Of a DNA stretch of 64,000 nucleotides, positions 13,621 through 27,440 are shown in pieces. The translations under genes were made by a program, and so were the position numbers. Numbering within the stretch: the first letter of the stretch is position 1; every line of letters begins with the position of its first letter. Source of the DNA: Octopus bimaculoides (lineage: Eukaryota); the NCBI RefSeq assembly GCF_001194135.2, contig NC_068990.1, positions 79,820,311-79,884,310 of the forward strand, read 5' to 3'. Under the pieces are notes generated by a model that saw only the letters and a list, made by a program, of their open reading frames with translations, was not told where the DNA came from and did no database searches.

Positions 13621-14744
13621 GCTGTTTATTAGTTGTAAGCTTATTGAAGCTAACCTACACACCTTTGTCAGCCGTTTCACTATCCACCACGATGTGTGCG
13701 CCAAGTAGCAGTACTACTTCGTAAAAGGGAGACACGGGCATAAAACATTTAATAAACGCATAGTCCTTTTGAAAAACATCACATTAACCAGTCACATTAC
13801 TGCTTAATCACAAATCACTGCCACCCCTCCATACTATACTGGGATGCGCATTACAATCAATAAAAAACTGAAGAGCAGCAACTCTCACGTATTTTGCTCA
13901 TCTTTTCATCGCTCACCAGGATTTACGGGTGTAAAGAAATAGAGTTGAGACTGGAGAGAATATAATATAGCTAGACTGTCACATTGCACTCTCTCCCATT
14001 CATCAGTATTTGCTGGAGTGTGCAGTATTGTTCTTAGCTTGATTGAGATTAGAAAGATGGCTTTGTAAGTTGTGTCTCGTTATGCGAGAGACTACATCGA
14101 TGGCAAAGGATTGGTCGATTAGGGATGACATGGGATTATAGAGATATAGCAACAACTGGTATTATTTGTATTTTATCTACTCAGAATCCCATTCCAACAA
14201 ATAATGAAATAAATGTCATAGAAGAGAACATTTCGCTATTTCTTACCCCTTCTACGTAAAGAAAAGTACAACCTTAGAACTAAATATGAAATCTGAACAC
14301 CTTTTGGCATTGGGTAGTGAAACTGAGGATTTGCTAAGTTCATGACTTTCTCAGGAAAGGAAATAATAATAATCTGCCAAGTGGTGGGGACTACGATTAA
14401 ACAAATATAATTATGAATGGAAACATCTTCCTTTTTTTATTTAAATTCAAATGAGAAAAGATAAAAGCCTATAAAAGAACAAAAAAGAAAGCATCAAGTC
14501 AAAAAAGTTAGAAGGGAAAAGACGAAGACAAGACACGTGATGCGACTATAGATAAGAGAAATCAAATTATTTGTGTAAGTAGAACTGTGGCACCGTGGTA
14601 CTGGTGTGTGAAGAAAGTGTTAGAATAATTAGCAAGAATGTTAATATTATCCTCCAGTAAAGAAACAAGCAGCTGGAATGGTCTTTTACTGACATAGTGA
14701 ACTACAACAGGAAACGTGGAGAGCGAGATAGGAGAGAGAATGAG

Positions 14745-14781
14745 AGAGTGAGAGAGAGAGGGGGGAGAATAAGGGAGAGAG

Positions 14782-14816
<35 letters not shown>

Positions 14817-15046
14817 CTTGAAAGGTGTGCAACAGAGAAGGCTAAGAGAGAAATAAAGTGGAAGAGAGGAAGAAAATGGAAAAGAAATTGGAGACTGTGA
14901 AAGAAAAATTAATAAACAAACAGTATGGATGAAGGAAGAAAAGAATCGAGTGAAAGATAAGAAGAACAAAGTGAAGTGTAAAGGAATAAATTATGAGATA
15001 ATGATAAAGGTGACGACGATGACGACGACGATGATGATGATGATGT

Positions 15047-15096
<50 letters not shown>

Positions 15097-15125
15097 GTGA
15101 TGATAATGATTATCATCATCATCGT
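14745..15125. repeat. (GA)n-rich tract and (GAT)n microsatellite
   Basis: GA-rich tract 14745-14813 and (GAT)n at about 15016-15125. Confidence 0.9.
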
Positions 15126-15913
15126 GAAGGATAACAGAGTCAAGTCGAAGGAAAGAGAGAAGGTTGAGGGGCGGGGGAAATAATGGCAGAATGTTTTAAT
15201 ATTATATTGACAAGAATAGAAAGAAATTTGGTCCCGTTGACTATCACATGGTTGATATTTTGCTTTGTCGGACCTGTGGATTTAACAGTTAATTAGGAAA
15301 AGTGCTATACATGCCGTAATTTATCATAAACAATATACAATTTAACTTTTCGTAAGAGATCCCTCCAACCATTCTGGGGTACCGTGAAAATGGGTGAATA
15401 CTCCCATGCTCATAACCGTGGGTCAGAGGCTGGGGCTCACATACATTCACTCATTCGTTGTGTCTTTCAGCTCTCTTGGGAATAAATAGGCTCGATGGCC
15501 TCCGCCTTCTTTTCCAATTTACTGCCAGGGATGACTCTTAGCATTCGTCTCTTCGCAAGCACTAGCAGGCAGAGAAGAGTTGTGCCCGGATTTGTCTGTT
15601 CCCTAATGTAGTTGCTTTCCCAGGATGCCAAGCCCAGAACACCTGCTCAGTTATACCACCGATGTAGTGTGGTCGGATACTAAGTCAGAATTTCAAAGTT
15701 ACCACAGAATTGTTTGATAATCGATGACCCTATACTGGGTTCACCTGTCTATTTGACAGGTACATTTTTAGAATGGTGTCCTGGTAGGTTCTAGAAATCC
15801 TCTTTCGGCAAACCAACATCGATTTAGTCTTCGACGGCCCAGCCATTTAACCGATTGCAGCGGGTTACATCTTATCAATAACACTCGTGAGCGATCTGGT
15901 ATACCCTATGAAT

Positions 15914-16352
15914 ACTCTTTTACTCTTTTACTCCCTTTTACTCTTTTACTTGTTTCAGTCATTTGACTGCGGCCATGCTGGATCACCGCCTATCAGTCGA
16001 GCAAATTAACCCCAGGACTTATTCTTTGGAAGGCTAGTACTTATTCTATCGGTTCTCTTTTGCCGAACCGCTAAGTTACGCGGACGTAAACACACCACCA
16101 TCGGTTGTCAAGTGATGCTGGGGTGGGGTGGGGGGACAAACACAGACACACAAACATATACACACACACACATATATATATATACATATATACGACGGGC
16201 TTCTTTCAGTTTCCGTCTACCAAATCCACTCACAAGGCTTTGGTCGGCCCGAGGCTATAGTAGAAGACACTTGCCCAAGGTGCCACGCAGTGAGAATGAA
16301 CCCGGAACCATGTGGTTGGTAAGAAAGCTACTTACCACACAGCCATTCCTGT
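15914..16352 (-). mobile_element. Near full-length tRNA-derived SINE (cephalopod type)
   Basis: Minus-strand head ggaatggctgtgtggtaag...ggttccgggttcattc, a CORE-like ccttgggcaagtg motif and an internal (TA)/(TG) run. The 3' end is ccagcatggccgcagtcaaatgactgaaac plus an (aagagta)n-like tail. Confidence 0.85.
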
Positions 16353-16789
16353 GAATATAGATAAAAGCTGTATATTATATAACCCGTGAATAGAGAGGAG
16401 AATAGAATAAAAAAAGACTGCAGCAACGAAGGGAATGAAGTGTAAGACTGAATTAAATGCAAAAGAAAGAGAGAAACTAAATGATGAGGGAAAAGACAAA
16501 CCACAACAAACAAAACTAAAAGCAAAACAAAACAAAAAGCAAAACAAAACAAAGCAAAACAAAAACAAAACGAAAAAACAAACGTAAGGTATTAGTTCTA
16601 AAATATTTCGTTCCTTCATCTTATAATGGTTTACATGTGAAGCAAAAAAAAAAACTTGTAAGTGGTGGCACAAAATTTTTTTTTTCTGTTGTACTGCTGA
16701 ACTCGGAAATACGTTTTGCACTGAGGCTTGTAGCTGATGAAATTGGTATAGATTGAAAACATTCCAGTTTATGATTATTCTCTTTCATC

Positions 16790-16800
16790 CTCATCCTCAC

Positions 16801-16863
<63 letters not shown>

Positions 16864-16972
16864 TGTCATCTTCGTCATCGTCGTCTTCGTCGTCGTCGTC
16901 ATCGTCGTCATCGTCGTCGTCGTCGTCATCGTCGTCTTCGTCGTCGTCGTCGTCGTCGTCGTCGTCATCATC

Positions 16973-17004
<32 letters not shown>

Positions 17005-17355
17005 CATCGTCCTCTGCTGCTGCAGCTGTTGCAGTATTAGCATCAGGATAATTATCTCCACTTCTTTAACCGTCATCCCCCATCATGTTCACCATAGTTA
17101 TGCATTTTAAGTACCATCGCCATCACCAGCAGATAGTAGTACTAAGAACAACAACAACGGCAGCAGCAGCAGCGGTAGCAGTAGCAGCAACAGCAAAGTA
17201 GCAATCAGACTTCTTTAACCCTGGGCACCCTCATCATACTTACTATGTTTATTCTCTATAATTACTGTCAATTACGTCACCGCCATCACCACCAGCACCA
17301 CCAGCACCACCAGCACCACCATCACTACTACTACCACTACCACTCCTACTACTAT

Positions 17356-17429
<74 letters not shown>

Positions 17430-17630
17430 TTACTACTACTACTACCACCACCACCACCACCACCAAAACCACCACCACAACCACCACCATCACTACTACT
17501 ACTACTACTACTACTACGACAACTACTACTACCATCGTCATCATCATTAACATTTTCCTTATCCTCTTCATTCCCATCAATAACAGTAGCAACAGTAGCA
17601 GCAGTAGCAGCAGCAGCAGCAGCAAGATTG
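16790..17630. repeat. Compound trinucleotide microsatellite block (CAT, CGT, CAC, TAC, CAG)
   Basis: Direct sequence. It produces the homopolymeric ORFs in the track. Confidence 0.95.
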
Positions 17631-20600
17631 CACATCGCAATCCGTACAGCGAGTGAACCTGAGATGTGTATTCTAAGCCTTCGTATATTCCACTGCTATG
17701 CTTCGATATCAAACTGGAGCTAATTGAAACTCTAGTAGACTTATCTTACAGACGGTTCCACTTCACCAATAATGGCTTGTTTAAAGCTTTTCAAGCTAGG
17801 ACAGTCAGAGATGTCAAACAGTCTATTGTATGCAAAACCTTCATTAAACATAGCTAATTATTCGGATTAAAGGATTAATGTATTGACAATATTATTACTT
17901 AAATGAAAACCACAACAACAGCCCCCAAAACATCAACTGTGACAAAAACAACGACAAATATACGAAAAAAAAAAACAGTGAAAACCAAATCAAGAACAAA
18001 AGAAACAAATATAAAAAAAAGCAAAGCAAGAAACTAAAACAAAAAAGAAACCATCACAAATTTGAGTTTTCCATCATTGAATTCATAACTAACAAGGATA
18101 ACGCCTCCTGTAGATGGTTTAAAAAAAAATTGGGATCAATATATAATATAATAGCCTAGTATCAAAGCGACTTGGTCCATTAATGCAGTATTGAAACATG
18201 CATAAATTACTCATGTAGATTACAGTCTCCATTTATCTAACCACTCTATATCAATTCATTTGCATTGCAGGATGTAACTGATTTTTTTCTTTTTTTTTTT
18301 CGTCTTTACTTCCTCAGTTATTATTTAGAAGGAAAAAAATACGGCTTAAAATATGAATGGTAAAATGGTTAAAACGTCTAGAAACTAAATGGTAAATTGG
18401 TTTTACTTCATAGAAATTAATATGAAATACATTTTTTTCCTCGATAATCAACATAAAAGCATGTTTCGTATTTCACCGCCACTCAATTGGTCTAATATAT
18501 TAGTTTCCCATATGAGTCTCTGTCTGCTAACTGCGATAAATTAAATATATGAATAAATAAATAAATCAGGTATCTATTTTGTTCCCTTTTGGATGACGTT
18601 GGGAAAGTTAAACTAATTTTCTCGTCTATGATACGATGTATCGCACGAGGTAGAGGTAGTTATATCAGGAATCGAATACGTCTTCATGATCCGTACAACA
18701 CAATCAACTAGAAGCCAACATCGCATATTGGATACTTGTAAAAAGCTTGTAAAATTCTGTTTAGCCCGTTGACCAGTTTTCAGGGAAGGGAATATTTCAG
18801 TTATCAGACAAAATGTATAGTCAGACTAAATGGAGTCCCACGCTCAGCCTAGCTCATGGTTTGAGTACGTTTTAGTTCTTGAGTTATAATCGCGTGTGCT
18901 AGAGGTGTTTGAATTTGAACACGGACAATTGCTCCTCATAGTGTCAGACAGCAAGGAAATCGAGATACTCGGTATCGTACTGAAGAAACACGCGATAGTA
19001 ACAGGGTAGCTTGATATCTGGGGATGAAAATCAATCTTTGTCTGTGTTTTTGTTAACAGATTGAAGATTCTGTTAAAAAACTAGGTGTTTAATCCGGACA
19101 AGGTTCCTTGTGAATATGAAATGGGAGATTACGAACAGAGTAATGGGTCTCACCCAAATATATGCTTAATGGAAGTTATCCATAAATGATTGGGTAGTGG
19201 TAGTGAACTCATACATCGTTTCTGATATTTATAACCATTTGGCAGTCGCATCAGTCTCCAGTTTTCATTCGACTAGGACAGAGTGTCAGCTCTTTCGCAT
19301 TTTGAGGAAGGGGCTCGCTACAAAGTACATCTGCTATCAAATCTTGTGCGGAGGTCTTGGTATACCATGGCTAATGACGTGCAGGTATGTATAAAGGTTA
19401 CAACCATTTCAGAAACTTACGAACGTTGAATATGTGTTGTCGCTGTTGGCCTCTCTCCAATTTTGTCTTTCTACGGCAAGTACATACTTTTTTTATTTTA
19501 GCCACAACACAGAAGTAAGTCATCTTCTCTCCTCAGCTTCTTTGTCAGATGGCATATTCTTTCTGATTCATATTTTCATATGATCCACAACGGGAGCAAG
19601 TGTTGGATTATTGTTAGTGCTGTCACTAATGTTTTTACTGCTTTTCTCATTTAAGTTCGACTTTTCAATATTATTTTTGTGCATTTTAAAATTGGAAAAT
19701 AAACGTTGTGCTTGTAAGTTTGTCAGTTTCTTTAATTAACGTTTGTCAGCTTATTTCATATATTTTCTGTTGGAAAAGTGTTGATGCAGGTTAAGCTTTA
19801 TCGTCGTTGCTACCACCACGGGACACTTATTATTTCTTTCTACTTGGACTATTTTTGCAATGCGAACCAAATTAAAAGTTGTCTGCCAGTTGATATAGTC
19901 ACAGTGGAAAATTTCAAAACATTTTCTAGGCAAGGGGAATAGGCTAGAAGTTCAATAACTCACCATAGTTTTACTTGCTATTAGTCCATAATGAAAATGA
20001 AAAAAAAATGAATACCAATTTAATATAATAAAATCCATTTCCGGTTTTCTTGCACTTCTTCTATTTTCAGAGAAATGACTGTAATTTGAAGCAGATTAGG
20101 AGTAATGACTAGAGTCGAAAAGATAAATGAACATATTAATAGCTAAGAAATTATGAAAGTATGTGTATAGCCGTAGAATGTTATGTTGTTGAAAATGTTT
20201 ATGTCTGGAATTACACAGTCTATGTCCCATGTGGTATAATGCTAGCAATTGTTTCGTTGTCTGGCTGCTTATGGTACACTGTAGATCATTAGTCATCTCC
20301 TATTTTAATGCTCAAGTCAATGTAGCTCTGAAGTAAGGTGTTATAGCCGTGACCACATCGTCTTTTGTTTTGACATATTGCATGTACATTTATATTATCT
20401 AATATTTCTTTCCCGTTTTTAATTTCTTTTGTATTTAATCTTAGAAATGTCTTCTATTTCTAGTAGGACGAACGACCCCCAATAGTTCTTTAAAAAAACA
20501 TAGCTTAGTTTAACCCTATTGACTACACCAAATGTAACATGTTTAACTATGCTAACTATACAAGCCAAAACTCGTTCGTAACTCTTTTTCTATATGAAAA

Positions 20601-21654
20601 AAATCTATGTCAACTGATAAGTAGGTTTGGTTTGACTATATACGCTGATCAAGTCAAGTATACCGAAGTATTTGCAAAATTGTCCCCTGACTTCAAACGA
20701 GATTTCATCTCCCTTAGTACGGAAATTAACTTCTCAAAGGAGAATTTCAATTAATTAAGATTGTTTGCGCATGGTATTCAATACCTTAGCCTTTAACCTA
20801 ATTATCTAAACTCATGCTATTGGCCGATTTAAGTTATTCCCATTGGCTTATTTTATTATTAATTAGTCCGTAATGTCTAGAGATGTTTGTATTAAAATAA
20901 TGTACTTATTGCTTTTTTCTCCCATATAACTGTACTACCTATTTTTATTATTGGTAATCTTTCGTAGATTCTACAAGAGTGATGTCGATAGCCGAATCGG
21001 TAAAGAGAAGTATTACATAGGCCTGGAGTAATCCGACTGTCCTGCTCCTATTGAGGCACTCTGGACTTCAGTCTCACTTTCTTATATTGAATTTCGTGAG
21101 CCTTCCACTGGGTTCACACTAACGTCTATTGACACTGTTCTACCGGTCATGTTTACTAATTTCTTTGTGTTGATCTGGGGATGATAAAGAAATTAGTAGT
21201 TTCTTTTTATCGCGATTTTAGCACTATTGGTTATATTGGTGTTACCTGTGATAATGGTGGTGCTACTTCTTTCAGTGGTGTTATTCTTGCTACCGTTTTC
21301 TCATGGTAATCGTCACCGTCCCTGTTGTTTTTTGTCCCCTTCATTATCGATGTTGATGTTGTTGCTGCTGCTGCAGCTGCTGATGTTGTCGTTACGGTAG
21401 GGTAAGAAAAGGAAGGAAGGTGTGGAAATTCTTCTCGCTAGCACTTTTCCAACAGCCACCCGTACCCTTCGTTTCTGAGACATTGCTTGTTATTATTTTT
21501 AAATGAAAATGTTTTTTTTTTCTAAGATAGCCAAATACACCCAGAGGAATCAGGTGCCACATCGAGGCTTCCTCGTTGGTGTTTACTATTGTGATTCGCA
21601 ATATAAATATTCTGTGAAGTTATTGAAGGTAATATTTAATTCAAACTGTTCAAA

Positions 21655-22470
21655 TTTAGCGGGAGGCTATCAAATCATCTACGATGAGCTCGGCTTCCAT
21701 ACCGTCTGTGCAAGATGGCTGCCAAGAGAGCTTACTGCGGAGCAAAGCACAATCGTCTTGAGGTCTGTCAACGTTTACTCGATCGCGATAGCAATGAGGG
21801 CGAGGAACTTTTGAGCAGAATAGTCACAAGAGATGAATCATGGGCCTATCGTTATGAGGCAGAATCCAAAAGATAGAGTATGGAGTGGTAACATCCTGGC
21901 TCGCCAGCGACGAAGAAATTCAAGACTCAGTCTTTCGCTAACCTTTTTTGGGGATTCAAAAGGGCCTATACTGGAAGACTACATGGAAAGGGTGTACGAT
22001 TAACAGTGTAAGATATAGTGCTTTGCTGGCTAACAAACTGAAGCCAGAAATTCGCACCAAACCCCGAGGTCTGTTGTCGAAGAAAGCTTTGTTGTTGCAT
22101 GACAATGCACGACCACACACGGCCGCCTAGACCGTTGGAATAATTAACCAATTGAATTTTGAGGTGCTGGAACATCCTATCTACAGACCAGATCTTGCTC
22201 CTTCCGACTATCATATCTTTGGACTGCTCAAAGATGGCTTACTAGCTCGTCTATTTTCTACGGATGAAGATGTAGAAGAAGCGGTGCATGAATGGTTGCA
22301 CGACCAACCGAAAACCTTCTTCTTGGAGGGAATACACAAACTTGTGGACCGCTGAACCCAGTGCATCAAAAAGGAAGAATACTATATAGAAAAATGACGT
22401 ACTTGTTTATCCGCTGCTTTTGTGTAAATACATTGAAAAAACAAGAGTGCCTATAATTTTTGACTCCTCC

Positions 22471-22475
<5 letters not shown>
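21655..22475 (+). mobile_element. 5'-truncated, decayed mariner transposon (DD34D)
   Basis: Contains VCARWLPREL, IVTRDESW, HDNARPHTAA* then 34 residues to YRPDLAPSDY, and KLVDR*TQCI. It has stops and frameshifts. The 3' TIR (ataatttttgactcctccgttta) runs into (TA)n. Confidence 0.93.
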
Positions 22476-22526
<51 letters not shown>

Positions 22527-23434
22527 TGATATTTACGTGTGGTAAATACAGATAAGTTTACTTCACAAGACGTTCTTACTTGTGATGTACAAGTTTTCAT
22601 TTGTAGCAAGCCTCTGTTATACAAAAATATATTTTAATATTTTAAATATTAACTGTTATGGCAACCTATTTTAATGACAATTCATTGACTGTTGGTTGGA
22701 TAAAAACAAAACAAAAGAAAACAAAAGATTCCGCCATCTCCGTCATCGCCGTCAAGTCTGCTTCGTGATGTCGGTTAAAGTACTGTAATCCATAACAGTG
22801 GAAGCGAAGTCAATTGAAATAGCCAAGTGCAATGAATAAGTCGTGAAAATGAGAAATCGACACCATATTATGGTTGTTTCTACAGAGATAATTTCATGCT
22901 GAGATAAATTCATCTTGTCTTGGAGTGCAGCCAGTTCAGTTGTCAATTCCATCCAAATTTATTAACAGAAAAATGTTATGAATTCAAGGAGCACAACGTT
23001 ACCGGAAACACTACTTTTGACCGAATAAAAGCGTCTGGCTTGTAAATATTAGAATTTGATAGATGTTTGTACAATGATGAGAGTTCAATAATGTTGCCAT
23101 GTTTTTCCTTACTGTATAATGAGAAATATAACAGTTCCACCGTCTGCAGTTCTATTTTATACAAAATTTTATCTGTTTATGACATATAACATTGATGAAA
23201 TAAGTATTTCAGCGACTCCTCCAGTCACATAACATGAGTAATAAGTAGAGAACTGTAATGGTTTTAACTATATTCTTCGTTCTGAATTACAACACAATCC
23301 GAAAACAGTAATTTTGGTACAGCTGTAATTGTATAAGTAGTGATCGTAAAGGAAACAAGTTCAGTTATTCAGTTATTTCTATTGTTGTTGTTTTCATTAT
23401 AGATTAGAATATAGAAATACTCCTATCTTCGTTG

Positions 23435-23548
23435 GTCCTGTGAGCGGATTTGGTAGACGGAAACTGAAAGAAGCCCGTCATATATATATATGTATGCGTG
23501 CATGTGTATGTATGTATGTGTGCGCGTGCGTGCGTGTGTTGGGAAGTC
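23435..23548 (+). mobile_element. SINE body fragment replacing the 5' end of the adjacent mariner
   Basis: tgtgagcggatttggtagacggaaactgaaagaagcccgtc matches the core of the 15914-16352 SINE. Confidence 0.75.
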
Positions 23549-23549
23549 T

Positions 23550-24177
23550 GTTACAGAAACATTGAGCATGCTTCGGAAAGCTTACGGCGACGAGGCAATG
23601 GGTTGCACGCAATGTTTCGATTGACACGGACGATTCAAAAGTGGAAGAACGTTTCTGGAAGACGATGAGCGATCTAGAAGACCTGCCATCAGCGTCACCT
23701 CCCCGAAATGTGGTATTGTACATTGAGAATTCGTCCCCCAGGGCCAGACCGTCAGTCAAGAGTTCTCCTGCGACATTTTAAAGCATTTGAGGGAGGATGT
23801 TTGGCTAAAGCGACCAGATCTGTGGAACGCGAAGAATTGGATTCTTCACGACGACAATGCATCTTGTCATCGAGTTCTCTTCACTTGTGACTTTCTCGCC
23901 AAAAAGAACATGGTATCACTTCCACACCCACCCTATTCGCCAGATTTAGCATTTGCAGACTTCCAGCTCTTCCCCAAGAGGAAAATGCAGCTTAAAGGTG
24001 GCCGTTTTAACTCTGTTGTAGAGAAACAGAGTGAATTACAGAAGGTCTTCGACTCACTTACAGAAAACAACTTCGATACCGGAAAGGTGACTGTTTCGAG
24101 ATGATGATAAAACTTACGTAAATAAATTATTTTTTATTTGATATAACTAGTCGAGAACCTTCTGATACTATCTCTTA
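23550..24177 (+). mobile_element. Internally deleted, decayed mariner transposon (DD34D)
   Basis: The N-terminal segment KSVTETLSMLRKAYGDEAM..RFKSGR..LEDDERS is joined directly to IVH*EFVPQGQTV..WILHDDNASCH(34)HPPYSPDLAFADF. A TIR-like 3' end reads agtcgagaaccttctgatactatctctta. Confidence 0.92.
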
Positions 24178-24666
24178 TGCAATATATGATAGAATTATCT
24201 TGTTTACATCTTAACCTAAGCCTTTTTGGCTGGTAAAACTGCATTATGAGAGACATGCAAGTTTAGTTTATTTGCTTCCAACAGGTGATTAATTCTCAAA
24301 CTTTTTAACTTAGGATCAGCGCTAAATGAAAGAATCTTAATTCTCGTGACTACCTCATTATTGAAATAGATATAAAACCATTGTTTATCACTCAACGTGT
24401 CATTTTTTAAATCGTTTAAATATGATTTGAAGGAGAGCTGGCCGTTACTTTTAGCGGACCAAATGACTGCGTAGGGTTACTGTCACTGTGCAAATATCAC
24501 CGGTGTATTATACAGCGCGAAACCTTGGAAAGTGTCTTCTATAAAAGTCACTAGGTAATTAAAAACTTATAAAGTGAAAATAGCTTAACGGGAACTGGTG
24601 TAGAATTAGGTCAGATGGGTGATAGACATAATCCGCCACCCGGTTTAATACCATAACCTGGTCCCT

Positions 24667-24805
<139 letters not shown>

Positions 24806-25844
24806 CGTGTTTAGCAGAGGTGACTCTGTTGCAAGCACTCGATTTGGGCTTTGAGGATAACATTACACCTTTCCTTTTATTAGTCTCCAGGATTCTGAAA
24901 AGAGACAAGTTTGTAGCCCTTCCTTCTCCAAGTCATTAAAAAGACAAAGGAAAGAAATTCCGGACTAATTTAGAGCAAACTAACATCTAACGATACTCTT
25001 CAATTGTGTAGCAGATGATAGAATATTTTAGTGTGGAATCTAGATACACAATGGCAATTAGAATTTTGGGACCAATTCTCACTTTGATATATTGCTAACC
25101 TTGGAAATAATTTGAATTGTTCTTATGCGATTCACAGTTATATAACCGAGACTAGCCAAAGTTTTCAGATGTCGGCTGTTGGCAACTGAAACTATATCTA
25201 TAAAAGAAAAATTCAACTGCATCTCTCTTTAATGGAGTTGTCTCATCTATATGTTCAGTAACAGTAATGTCAATGTTGGCTATTAGAGTGTATGTGACGG
25301 TGATGTCAGTTGTGGTTATTATAGTGATAGAAGACTAATGGATAAACATTTAATGACAAGGGCTAGAGATGCACTTTCAACGCAGGTTTTTCATTTGGGA
25401 CTAAAGTTCTTTGATCTGTACACCATCCGTTTCACTGATGAGTTGTAAGTGCTGTGCAGATATTTAACTCAGTTAATGAAAAGTCGGATCATAAATGACT
25501 TTCATGTTTTCTACATCATTAATGCCAATTCTTGGGAAATATCAGGTTGACAGCAATTGACATCATAAAAGAGAAATGAACCAGTTCACAGTATTGTTTT
25601 TAAAACGCTTTAACTCTGTGATAACTAACCTCCAGAGACATATTGTACTTCATGGGTTGCTTTTTCTATTTTATAAATCAATAATGTTCAAATAGAATGT
25701 TAAAAATTATTCACCGAATCTTAGCTAACTTTCCTTTGTCTCTTTGCTTTTATCACCCAAATAATTTTCCAAAGCCAATCATTTAATTTTCCTAAATGTT
25801 CTGCATCCTTTCGCATAACAATTCACACTGAAGTTTTCTTTTAC

Positions 25845-25864
25845 TGTCTCTCTGTCTGTCACTT

Positions 25865-25942
<78 letters not shown>

Positions 25943-25988
25943 ACTTTTCTCTATCTCTCTCTTTCTCACTTTTCTCTCTCTCTCTCTC
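25845..25988. repeat. (CT)n microsatellite
   Basis: Direct sequence. Confidence 0.95.
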
Positions 25989-27026
25989 GTTTTTTTTAGT
26001 TTTTACTTTCCTGTCTGAAATTTTCTGGTTTGAACAATTTTCTTTTCTCTACATAGCTTTTGGTTTTTCTCTTATTTTTCTTTAATGTGACGCTTCAAAA
26101 AGACATAAATATACCCGCTGAACGGCTAAAAGCTATATTTTTCATGTTTAGAATCAGGAATATTTTCTTCCTGTGTCACAATCTTGCTTATGCACTTTTT
26201 TTCCAAATGCTAGGTAAGTTTCGTATTTTATTTTATAACTGAATTATACATTTCATGCCAAGGCCTTACTCTTTACAGCACTTAAAAATTTCCTAAGAGG
26301 AGGCTATGTTGAAAATGAAGCAGATAGTTACTGGAGATAACAGTACTGATGTTTATTCTGCATACACAAATCAGTTATGTCATCTCTATCATTTGTCAAC
26401 GCCACTGAATGCAGAATCTTTTGTCAGTCATAATTTTTTGCTGTGAGAAGTGGATACTCAGAATACAAATTTAGGTATAAAATGCATTTTCAGATATAGA
26501 ATAATTTTTACTAAGATATAGAAATACTTATTTTGTACTGGTATATCTAAGTTCCTTTAAGCAATCGCATATGGCTAATAGTAGCACAATTGATAAACAA
26601 TTCTGTGATCAAGAGTAGACACCTGAAAATATCAATTGAAGAACAGTCAGAAATAACTATCAAAACAAATAAACAATAAATGAATAAATGAAAATAAGAT
26701 AAAACAAAATATAAGCAATAAATATGCAATATTACCGAGACGGTATTAAGTAGCTTAACGTAATCTTTGTCTTTGTGCAATCGTTTCATAAGACTTTAAT
26801 CTAATCACACGATGTTTTCGACTGTGTTTTACTTCAACATTGGCGATTGGATTGTCTTCAATAAAGGTACTTATGTAAATGTTATCTCCAACGCTGCAAG
26901 GTGGTGGAACTTGACATAAGTACACTAAAACCGCTTTAATGTGGTTATTTTCATACATCACAGTTCTTAGTTCAAATTATGAGGTATTCGAACCTGACTT
27001 CACCGCGAACAGAATCTATAAAGCAT

Positions 27027-27440
27027 AAGGCAGCGAGCTGGCAGAATCGTTAGCGCAACGGGCGAAATGCTTAGCGGTATTTCGTCTGCCGTTACATTCT
27101 GAGTTCAAATTCCGCCATGGTTGACTTTGCCTTTCATCCTTTCGGGGTCGATAAATTAAGTACCAGTTACGCACTGGGGTTGATGTAATCGACTTAATCC
27201 GTTCGTCTGTTCTTGTTTGTTCCCTCTATGTTTAGCCCCTTGTGGGCAATAACGAAATAGGTATTTCGTCTGCCGTTACATTCTGAGTTCAAATTCCGCC
27301 GAGGTTGACTTTGCCTTTCATCCTTTCGGGGTCAATAAATTTAGTACCAGTTACGCACTGGGGTCGATGTAATCAATCCCTTTGTTTATCCTTGTTTGTC
27401 CCCTCTATGTTTAGCCCCTTATAGGCAATAAAGAAACAAG
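27027..27440 (+). mobile_element. tRNA-derived SINE with duplicated body, flanked by a 13-bp TSD
   Basis: Head aaggcagcgagctggcagaatcg with B-box gagttcaaattcc. The body is repeated from about 27259. Flanks are atctataaagcat (27014-27026) and atctataaaacat (27442-27454). Confidence 0.9.

Noticed and set aside
16621-17712. Poly-His, Ser, Tyr, Met and Val ORFs of 60-150 aa
   Set aside because: They are translations of compound trinucleotide microsatellites that are open in several frames on both strands, with no unique coding flank.
18900-19270. Long stop-interrupted plus frame, and a YLGET (GIY-YIG-like) word on the minus strand
   Set aside because: It has too many stops and only a single short motif, so it cannot be assigned.
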